From positions 1 through 51,048 of IMG/VR virus record IMGVR_UViG_3300030331_003305: a stretch of DNA of 51,048 nt. The stretch is one strand, 5' to 3'. Within the stretch, counting starts at the first letter, position 1; each line of letters starts with the position of its first letter. Of this stretch, positions 35,160 through 44,200 are shown piece after piece. A program made the translations under genes and the position numbers. Source of the DNA: a virus (Duplodnaviria > Caudoviricetes). Under the pieces are notes generated by a model. It was not told the origin of the DNA and made no database searches. It saw only the letters and a list, made by a program, of their open reading frames with translations.

Positions 35160-35833
35160 GTTGGAAGTTTCCAGATAAGTATTTCAGTTCTTCTGGTGTA
35201 ATGAACACTGAAGATACCAATGAGGCTATGCGTAGCTCTGTTGAAGAAATAACGGGACAACTAGGTGAGCAAAACTTCGCTAGAAATGCGTTCACTACGG
35301 CTACTGATTACGAAAAGGACATAGCCTATCGACATGCAAAGCTAGAGGTGGATGTAAAAGGTTACTACGATGGTACTGGCGCAGAGAGCATGTTTGTGGA
35401 TAACAATACTGCTATACTAGCTAGAAACACCGCGTGGCAAACTATACAGGACCAAAATACGGGAACTCCTTTTAGATATGACTTTGTGTCTAGAGGGGGC
35501 CTACTTTTTATCACAGCTAGACTTTGGGGCTCTCAATTAACTTTAGGGGGCGGCACTCTCCGTTTAAATCCCATACTTTTTGCTATACGATTAAACGGGG
35601 CTTTAATACCAGAATCCATAGATGGTAACTTAGATGTTTTAGATTACTCTTATGATAGGGACACTGGTAACACTGGAACCTTTTGTGTAAATATAGATTT
35701 CGTAGCTCCTGTTGTTCCTGGAGATACTACTGTAGAGTTAGTGGCAAGAGTCCGACCTCAAGCTATTGAATCTAAGAAATATGTACCAATGGTGGGTAGT
35801 CGAGCACTTATTCTATGGGAGATTTCTAGCTAA
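35156..35833 (+). CDS. Virion tail-associated protein
   Basis: Beta-rich; coupled in the structural operon. Confidence 0.55.
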   Translation: MSWKFPDKYFSSSGVMNTEDTNEAMRSSVEEITGQLGEQNFARNAFTTATDYEKDIAYRHAKLEVDVKGYYDGTGAESMFVDNNTAILARNTAWQTIQDQNTGTPFRYDFVSRGGLLFITARLWGSQLTLGGGTLRLNPILFAIRLNGALIPESIDGNLDVLDYSYDRDTGNTGTFCVNIDFVAPVVPGDTTVELVARVRPQAIESKKYVPMVGSRALILWEISS

Positions 35834-36633
35834 TGCCTTTTCCTAATTTTGATCCCCTAGATGAAGGAGAAGCTCTTACTGCAGCTTCTCTAAACTCCAA
35901 GCTGCAAGACACCCGTGGAAGCATAAACGCGCTTCCTTCGGACGCTATATCAAATGGAGCTTTAAGGTCAGAACACCTATCTCCAATTACTTTAAGCAAC
36001 TTGTCTACAGACGCTACAGGCGCGGCTGTAAATATGACACACGATAATCCTTTTCCTACAGTAGTTTCGGGGGCCTACACGAACGATTACACAACAACGC
36101 CCGCCACTGTACCGAACTCTAGAGGAACTTTTTTAGGGTGGGGAGAAGGTCAAGTCGGAACTGGCTGGGCAGGTATAGCAGTTGCAGGAGGTACTTTAGA
36201 TACAAGAGCCCAATTAGTTTTTCCAGTACCTGGGCTTACAATTATGCCCACTACAGGAGCTGCTACTAGCAGTCAAATGTGTACAGGACTTTTAGTAAAA
36301 GTAAGTGTAGCAGTTATACTTCCTAGTAACGCGAATTTATATTGGGGGGGCCTCGGACTATCTATTTTTTGGCAAGGTAATAGTGCTACCTATCACTGGG
36401 TGCCTTCTTCAGCAGCTTTTAACTCTAGGGCAAATGGTATATTTTGTGATATGTCAACCAGTGCTCTAATAACAAAAGCTGATTTAGATGCACCTTTTGG
36501 GGGAGCTGCTGCAGAAACAGCACTTTTTAGTGTAGGGGCGGCAGTCTGCCGAACGCGCTTTTTAGGCACTGCAAGTATACATCTTAGGGAATGGAGGATT
36601 AGTGCTATTCCCATTTACGGAGGTAGTCTGTAA
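35833..36633 (+). CDS. Virion tail-associated protein
   Basis: GE.LTAA.LN N-terminal anchor-like motif; TAATG coupling. Confidence 0.55.
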   Translation: MPFPNFDPLDEGEALTAASLNSKLQDTRGSINALPSDAISNGALRSEHLSPITLSNLSTDATGAAVNMTHDNPFPTVVSGAYTNDYTTTPATVPNSRGTFLGWGEGQVGTGWAGIAVAGGTLDTRAQLVFPVPGLTIMPTTGAATSSQMCTGLLVKVSVAVILPSNANLYWGGLGLSIFWQGNSATYHWVPSSAAFNSRANGIFCDMSTSALITKADLDAPFGGAAAETALFSVGAAVCRTRFLGTASIHLREWRISAIPIYGGSL

Positions 36634-37394
36634 TGCCTTTAATACCTTCACCCGCACCTTTAGTAGACGGAACCGCTGCTTCTTCTGAAGCCGTAGACGG
36701 TGTACTCTACAGACCTTTAGCTACACCTGCTAATTTTGAAGTTTTAAATGGGCGTTTAGACAGTGCTAACGCATCTGGTGTAGATGTTTCTAGTTCAATG
36801 GTGCAGTCTGGGGCTTTTACTTTAGCTGAACAAGTGGGTGCGACAGGTCGTAACGACTACTTTCACAATGTATTCAATGGAGTAGACCTACCGCCCTACG
36901 GAGCTGCCCCTATCGCAGTAGCTGCAGACTTAGATAATATATCGGGAGCTTCTACAGCAGATTATTTGCTTAGAGATTCTGACCATTTGATTATTCCAGG
37001 AGCTGCAAAACAATTCTATTTGCCTAGAACTTTTAATGTTCTGCTTTTCTGGCACGTAGAAACGGAAGCTCGGAATGTTAAACATGGAGCAGGTGGAGCT
37101 CCCACAGAAGACTCGGAAGCTCAAAATGACTCGATGTCTTTAAAACTATTTGTAGATGGTCAGCCTGTATCTAATGAACGAAGACAAATGCGTTGTACGC
37201 AAACGCAAGTAACTACAAATTATGGCATAAGTTTTTCGGCTGCTGAATCCCGCTTACAAAGAAGAAAATGGTCTGGTCACTGTATTGTGCAGCTCGCTGA
37301 AGGATGGCATAATGCGGGTATCGGTATCGCACATCAAGTTTATCACGTTCGGACGACGACAAAGCGTTTTGGCTATGTCGCATTGAGGGCTTAG
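36633..37394 (+). CDS. Virion tail-associated protein
   Basis: NG.LD..N motif; TAATG coupling. Confidence 0.55.
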   Translation: MPLIPSPAPLVDGTAASSEAVDGVLYRPLATPANFEVLNGRLDSANASGVDVSSSMVQSGAFTLAEQVGATGRNDYFHNVFNGVDLPPYGAAPIAVAADLDNISGASTADYLLRDSDHLIIPGAAKQFYLPRTFNVLLFWHVETEARNVKHGAGGAPTEDSEAQNDSMSLKLFVDGQPVSNERRQMRCTQTQVTTNYGISFSAAESRLQRRKWSGHCIVQLAEGWHNAGIGIAHQVYHVRTTTKRFGYVALRA

Positions 37395-37397
37395 AAG

Positions 37398-39194
37398 ATG
37401 GAAAGACTAGCTGCAAAAAAGAGAAAAGGTATCCTTTCTCGTATGCCAAAAGAGAGCAACGAAGACATTTTGGTAGACTTGAAAAAAGCTGAAATTAAAA
37501 GTCGAGAGGAAGGAAAACGTAAGGCTACTGCAGCAGACGCAGAATCCGTTCGTGAAGAACTTGAACTGGCTAATGCTCAAGATAAGTTAGACGCTCGAAA
37601 GCCAGCAGGTAAACTAAAAGCGAGACCTGACATCGAACTAGAAGGTCTAAAATCTTCCACAGACATTGTGCAAGAGGCTATGCAAAAGCCCTCTAACCAG
37701 AAGGCATTTTCAGAGCCTAAAGCAACTACTGCAGAAGAACGTGCAGACCTAGAGAAAAAATACGGAAGTTTCGAGGGTGCTAAAAGAGCTATCGCTGCGG
37801 AAGGTGCTCGATACCGCGAAGCTCTACAACCTAAGAAGGGCTTTGAAGAAGACTACGATGCCGATGTGAAGTTCCAAGAGGAGGAGTACGGCGGGGGCTC
37901 TATCCGTAGAGAAATGGAGTTGGACGAAATCCGCGGAGAGGCAGACCCCGAAACCGGAGTACGAGAAGCAGCCTTGGGAGAGGATGCTGCCGAGTATGAC
38001 AAGCAGTATGCAAAGCTCGAAAAAGAAAATCCAAACCTGTCTGAAACAGAACTCCAAGATGCGGCGATTAAAGCTGTTAGAGCAAAACAAGCTACGGATG
38101 CCGAGGATGCAACTAAGGATTTTAACACCGTAGATTACGGCGATGAAATGGAGAATGAAGTTCGTCGTAAAAGGTTGGAAGCTGAAGCTGCAGAAAAGGA
38201 AAGGAAAGAACGCCAAAAAAGCATGGTCAAAAAAGCTATTGGTACAGGCAAGTTAAAAGGCGACCGCATTACAAAAACCCCGGATGGAACACCTATCCAA
38301 GAAGCTGCTCGTAAATACATTGAGTCTTCTTACGGCCCTGACAAAGAAGCCTCCGAATCCAAGCTGGCACGCATGCGAGAAACGGCAGATGCTCGAAGAA
38401 GAAATTTACTTGTAGACGTAGGGGAGTCAGAATCATCGGGAGACCTAGAGTTCGAACCGGAGGAATCCCCCGAAGAAACCATAGAAGAAACAGACCGCCG
38501 GGTTACTCAAGAGGTTGTGTCTAGAGAACCTGCTATTTCTAAAGTCCTTCCGGGTCCTGACAGTTCTGTAGAAGAACGACAACAATGGGCTAGGCTTCGA
38601 CCCTCAGTTAAGTCTGAAGCTATGAAAAATGTGGTTCAACCTATGACACAGCGTGTTGATGATATGTACGAAAGCGTAGATAATGCTTCTAAATTTGCTG
38701 CTAATCTGTCTAGTTATTTTAGAACTGTGGGCAGTGACCCTACTACGCCAGAGGCAAATATACAATCTCTCACTGCTAGGTCTCCATACCAATACTATAA
38801 GACACTACCTTTGAGTGTAAAACGTAATTTAGATTTGCAAGCTCTAGAGGCTTTCGAGTTTTTTAGAAAGAATAATAAAGATAGAGGCTACCCAGAAAGA
38901 TCTAAGACAACGGCATACAGAAGTGCTGCCGATACACCAGAAGCAAAACTACGTAGTAGGTTAGAGTCTTACAAAAGAATTTTAGAGCGCAGGGTAAGAA
39001 CAGGCGATTACGAAACTTCCGAAGCGCTTCCCGGTAAATTCTCAAAAGGTCAGTACCTACCGATACCACTTCCTGGTTTTGAAACTGAAACTCCAGCGTA
39101 CTTTAAAGATGTACCCCTTGAAGCTCAAGAGGATGTATATCAAGAGTCCGAAATGGAAGACCTTATAGCGGCAGCAGCCGCAGAAGGTGAGTAA
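37398..39194 (+). CDS. Charged helical protein, possible internal virion protein
   Basis: E/K/R-rich, 598 aa, in the core-protein region. Confidence 0.5.
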   Translation: MERLAAKKRKGILSRMPKESNEDILVDLKKAEIKSREEGKRKATAADAESVREELELANAQDKLDARKPAGKLKARPDIELEGLKSSTDIVQEAMQKPSNQKAFSEPKATTAEERADLEKKYGSFEGAKRAIAAEGARYREALQPKKGFEEDYDADVKFQEEEYGGGSIRREMELDEIRGEADPETGVREAALGEDAAEYDKQYAKLEKENPNLSETELQDAAIKAVRAKQATDAEDATKDFNTVDYGDEMENEVRRKRLEAEAAEKERKERQKSMVKKAIGTGKLKGDRITKTPDGTPIQEAARKYIESSYGPDKEASESKLARMRETADARRRNLLVDVGESESSGDLEFEPEESPEETIEETDRRVTQEVVSREPAISKVLPGPDSSVEERQQWARLRPSVKSEAMKNVVQPMTQRVDDMYESVDNASKFAANLSSYFRTVGSDPTTPEANIQSLTARSPYQYYKTLPLSVKRNLDLQALEAFEFFRKNNKDRGYPERSKTTAYRSAADTPEAKLRSRLESYKRILERRVRTGDYETSEALPGKFSKGQYLPIPLPGFETETPAYFKDVPLEAQEDVYQESEMEDLIAAAAAEGE

Positions 39195-39406
39195 TGAGCA
39201 TGTCTCAATCCGATATGCGAGGTGAGATTAACCGACGTGTTAATCAAATCATCGCAAACAAGCTCAAAGCCGAGCAGGGTATTATCGGAGAAGATTTAGC
39301 TGCATTTGAACAGCGACTTGGTGTAGATTATGGGGGAGACCAGCCCGCCACTGGCAAGTCTAAAGATGAACTCGGCATCCACCGCGGAAAAGAAAAGGTA
39401 GGTTAG
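39194..39406 (+). CDS. Hypothetical protein
   Basis: TAATG coupling. Confidence 0.65.
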   Translation: MSMSQSDMRGEINRRVNQIIANKLKAEQGIIGEDLAAFEQRLGVDYGGDQPATGKSKDELGIHRGKEKVG

Positions 39407-39408
39407 GT

Positions 39409-40038
39409 ATGGCAAATGCAGCTAAGACCCGTCGTATGGGCGAAGACATTGGTATTCAGAAGTATCAGTCTGCTTTAAAACAAGGTGGTCCTACACAATC
39501 CCAGCTCGGTCAAGCGATTGCTCGACAACAAAAGTCTAAGTTGGGTTTGATAAGTGGGACTCTAAAAGCTGCAGGTAACAGAAAACCGATGAGCGCAAAA
39601 GGTGTTCAAAGCCCCGTTGGTATGCAACAACAAAAGACTGTGGAAACACTTTTTGAGAAAGCCTATAATCCCCAAGATATAGCTGCCGCGGAAGCGGGTG
39701 AGCAAGCTAAGTACCAGCAGACTCTCGCACAAGGTAGGGCTATGACGGATGCTGCTGCTCAAAGACGCGCACAGCAAAGAGCTAAGGTTCTTCAAACCAT
39801 CGGTAAGGTTGGAGGAGCTGCTACAAAACTCGCAGGTCGGGCTGCTGCGGGTGCTTTGACAGGCGGTGCTTCTGAAATGTTTAAAGCAGGAACTGCAGGA
39901 GCGAGAGCACTGGCAGGTGCTATGGGTTCTTCTCCAGAGCAGATTCAGCAACAGCAATTTATGGCAGACCTACAAGAGCGAGCTAGGTCTGGGGATGAGA
40001 CAGCTAAACAACAACTCTTTGAACTATACAAAGGCTAG
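39409..40038 (+). CDS. Putative ejection (pilot) protein
   Basis: A/G/Q-rich helical protein with AAAGALTGGAS segment. Confidence 0.55.
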   Translation: MANAAKTRRMGEDIGIQKYQSALKQGGPTQSQLGQAIARQQKSKLGLISGTLKAAGNRKPMSAKGVQSPVGMQQQKTVETLFEKAYNPQDIAAAEAGEQAKYQQTLAQGRAMTDAAAQRRAQQRAKVLQTIGKVGGAATKLAGRAAAGALTGGASEMFKAGTAGARALAGAMGSSPEQIQQQQFMADLQERARSGDETAKQQLFELYKG

Positions 40039-40045
40039 GTGAGGC

Positions 40046-41239
40046 ATGGCTGTAGACAAAAAAATCAAAGACGATACTGCAAGAGCTGTGCAATCTTTTT
40101 TTAGAGCACGAACTTTAGAGAACATACAGAACTTCGGATTAGCACCTTTGGATGCTATATTTGGAGTGCTAGAGGGAAAAGGTTCAGATCAAATAGCGCA
40201 ATCTGCGGCTTCTGTTATGGCCCAGAAACATGGTCTATCGTTTGCTGAAAAAGCAGAGATTGAAAAAGAAGCTAGGGAAGACATCCAAAAAGCAGAGGAA
40301 AAACTGCAAACGGAGTACGGCAAACTGTCGAAAGCAGTGTTGGATGCAGAGAGTAACGAAGAAAAGGCTTACTATAATCAGCTCGGTAAGTTTGCTTCTG
40401 CACGAGGGGCTTTAGCAGGTCGTCAAATCAACGCGGAGTTGCAGTCACATAAAGAACAGATGGCAGATTTAGAAACCAATGATGCCATGACCGACGAGAC
40501 AAAAGCTATGGCGAGAAGTATTCGAGCTGCAGCTAAAGCAAATTCTTCTAAACCGGATGATGAGTTTTCGGGCAAGTCGGTCGTAGACCAAGATGCCTAT
40601 AAAGCGTATGTAGAAAAGCAAGTGGAATTAGTAATCAATGACGAAGGTATTGAGGAATCTCAAAAAGAAATTTTAATTAGAAATCTAAGACCTTCTTTGC
40701 CAGACGATTCTCCTAGTCTAGAGATTTTAGAGGGAGACACGGTACAAGATTCTGAAGAAGTTGCTCGTCAAAAAGCAGAACTTAGAGATGAATTCCGCAA
40801 CCGGATTAGAACGAAATATGGGACAGGTTCTTCTTCTATGATGAGAAAAGCGGAAGAACGTCTGCAGAAAGCCTCTGATAAACGTATAAAGGCACTCTCG
40901 GATTTCCAGAAAAAGAACCCTATATCTAAGGCGTTTGGAGATTCTGAAACCATTAAAGCAGCAACTTCTCAAATAGAGCAGGTTAGAGCACTTCCAGAAA
41001 GAGACTTTAGAAGTAGGCAGATTGCTACCCAGTTGGCTCAAAGAGAAGATGTCCAACCTTTTCTACAGGGAGCCCCGTCTGTGAGGAAGGGTTTAAAAGG
41101 CTTACTTTCTGAATATAAATCCCAACAAATGGCGGCAAAACGACCTAAGCTACCCGCACCCCCAACCGCGGTTTTTGGAGCTGAAAGCCAAGTTGCTGTA
41201 GACGAGGAACCAGATGGAACCAACCCCACAGCAGCCTAG
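40046..41239 (+). CDS. Putative internal virion protein
   Basis: Helical; GAGG SD; position before the giant gene. Confidence 0.5.
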   Translation: MAVDKKIKDDTARAVQSFFRARTLENIQNFGLAPLDAIFGVLEGKGSDQIAQSAASVMAQKHGLSFAEKAEIEKEAREDIQKAEEKLQTEYGKLSKAVLDAESNEEKAYYNQLGKFASARGALAGRQINAELQSHKEQMADLETNDAMTDETKAMARSIRAAAKANSSKPDDEFSGKSVVDQDAYKAYVEKQVELVINDEGIEESQKEILIRNLRPSLPDDSPSLEILEGDTVQDSEEVARQKAELRDEFRNRIRTKYGTGSSSMMRKAEERLQKASDKRIKALSDFQKKNPISKAFGDSETIKAATSQIEQVRALPERDFRSRQIATQLAQREDVQPFLQGAPSVRKGLKGLLSEYKSQQMAAKRPKLPAPPTAVFGAESQVAVDEEPDGTNPTAA

Positions 41240-44200
41240 CACTAAACTTACTTTAAAAGAGCGACTAGCTGCTGTTAAACAAGCTAGGGAAGCAGAGCCG
41301 TCTACGCAAGCAACTTCAACAGAGGAAGCAAAAAGCGTGGAACCTATGGAACCCGCAAACGCACCTGTACAAGAGCAGCCTAAAACAGATAGAAAGTTAA
41401 CCTTAAAAGAAAAGTTGGCTGAAGCTAAGGCCCGTAGAGGTCAAGCCACAATTCCCCAACCTACCGGCGACCCCCAGCTCCCTCTCCCTATGGAACCAAA
41501 GCAACCCGCCAAGCCTCCTACAGCGATGCAAGGTGGCGTTTCGGCTTCTAAAAAGGACATCAAAGTTCCTGCTTATGTGCGTCGATATATGGACATGGAT
41601 GACCGGGGGGAGCCTGTTCTTTACATTACACAGTCTCCAAATCAGAAGACTGGGGTAAATATATCTAGACATAAGGCGAAGATTAAAAGAAGCCTTCTTT
41701 TGGAAGAACGAGAGAAGTGGAAGAAGGCGGGTCAAGAGTGGGATGATATAAGTGACGAGGTTAAAGAAGACATTAAAAAATCCGTAAGCCGTAAAGCTGA
41801 TAAGCTAATCAACAGTTGGATTGATGAGCAGCAAGGAACGGACACAGTTTGGATTAAAGGCGACCCTAATTACGCGGAAAATGACTTAGTAGATAGGGCT
41901 AAAAGTTCCATGCTTTGGAGAGCTTGGGCACCTATCGAAGCTACTCTTTTCCCTTCTACTGTAGAGGTTATAGAAAAGTCCGATATAGGAAAGACGTATA
42001 GCCAGGAGAATAAGATAACCACGCTGGAGAGGCTAGGTAGGATAGCTCCTTCTACTGTTATTTTTACTGCCATAAAAGCCGGGGGGTATGGTAACGAGGA
42101 GCATTTAAAAGAGCTTCAAGCGGGTAAGGAAGCCATGTCTTATATACCGGAGATAGGTGACTACATAACGGACACGGCTGAAAACTTAGGACTTATTAGT
42201 GAGGAGACTTCCAACAACTGGTGGATAAACACTGCTATTGGATCTGGTTTAACTATACCTATTATTCTCACGGAGCCGGATATAGCTACAGCAGTAATAG
42301 CAGGTGCCGGGTTTTTAGCAGGGGGTCCTGCAGGTGCGGCTGGAGGGTTTTTAGCTTCTAGAGGAGCCAAAGGTTTAAAAGCAATCAAACCGATTGCGGC
42401 ATTAAATAAAACTGCAAATAGAGCGAATAAATTTAAGGCTAATCTAGCAGAAGTGGCAGGAAAAACAGCGAGAGAAAAAGCAGCCGTTGCTAAACAAGTT
42501 ATCCGAGATTCCCAAAAATCTTCGTTCGGTACAGTCCTCAAAGAAACAACTTCCAGTAGACTCGCTACAGGAAAGACAAATAAGAATTTAGACGACCAGG
42601 TTTCTGCTCAACTTGATGCTATGCAGGAAGCTAGAAAAGCCGCGCCGTCTACAATTTCTGAAATAGAAAAATTAGATTTAGATAAGTTAGCTGCCAAAGC
42701 AGAAGGCAAGACTCCCAAAGGGGGCATATCTGAATTTAATAAGTTGCGAGAACTCACAGAAGGTAATGAACTAGAAGCTCTAAAATATGTGCAGTCTAAG
42801 GCTACTGCAGACGCACTACTGGCTAGAGAGTTGCAAAAAAGAAAAGTGTACGCAGAGGGGCTGTCTCAATTCAAACCGAAGCTGGCCACTGCCGACGAGT
42901 ACAAAGGAGTTACTTCTAAACTTCGATCTAAATATGATGAGTTAGCAGACCTAGAAAAGTCCATAAACAAAAAGGGCATAACGGATGGCGACCTAGCTAA
43001 GAGAGCTAAACTTATAGATGAAATACAAGGTGAGCAAAAAGCTCTAGCTAAATTAAATGCCCAATCCGGTTTGGAAGTGGCTGTAAAACGAGCAGAGATA
43101 GCTCAAAAAGCTGCAGATAAATCTAGAAGAATGGCAGAAGTTTTAACGCAAGTCGCTGTTAAAAGTGCCCGAATGGGAGATGAGGCTTTTAGTAAAGGTG
43201 TGAAAGAGGCCAATGCTTCGTATACGAAACATAAAAATTGGCTTGCTCGAAGCGCACAACAGGCTGATAACGAAATACTCTACGACACGGTGGTCGGTGC
43301 TCTAGACGACATCTTAGAATCTACTAATTCTTTAAAGAAAAACTTAGGTGTAAAGACCAAAAAGTACAATGTTCCAGAGCTGCAAGAAAAAGTGAGCGAC
43401 TTGTACGACACGAACGTGGATTTTAAAGATGTGAACAAGCTGTTTGACGAAACCTTTGGAGAGGGTGCGTTTGCAGAATTTGTAGCAAACAACGGTAGCT
43501 CCGCTCTAAAATCCGCAAATGCAGGTTCTGACCTTGTTCGAGTAACTCCCGAAATGTACGATGAGCTACAAATTGCCATGAAGTCTTTAGTAGACAGTGG
43601 TGTACAGAGCCAAAAACGAGAGCTGGGCATAGAGTTAGCAGAACAAGTTTTAGAAAACTCGGATTTCATAAATTACTTTACTAACATTAGCGGTGTAAAC
43701 TGGGTTTCCAGAAGTATGGCTAGGATGGCAGAAATCGGTAGGGACTTTGCAGACCCTGCTAGAAAAGCCTTTGGCAGCACTTCTAAGGCTGTAGTAAAAG
43801 CTGGACGCTCTATGGACAGCTTTTTTAAGCGTTCTACAAATGAGATTGCGGATGTCCTTTCGGAGCGAATAGATAAGGTTGATGACGCTACACGAGCTGC
43901 GTACATAGACGACTTAGCTAAAGAAACAGTAGAGTATGCCAAAGAAGGGGGCCTAGAAACACCTTTAATTAGAGAGCTTTTAAGGCAGCTAAAGATGTCG
44001 GATGAGGGGAGCCTTATAAAAAGAAAAGAAGCCGTGGTTAATTTTATGCGCTCTCCAGATGAAAAGTTGTACGACAAGATAGTCGCGGGAGCCATGAAGC
44101 AGCAAAACTTGAAAAAGTTAATGACGACTACGGAGCCTTTGACTATCCAAGGGCGTAGACAAACGATGTCTAATGTAGGAAAGACTTCTTGGTGGGAGAC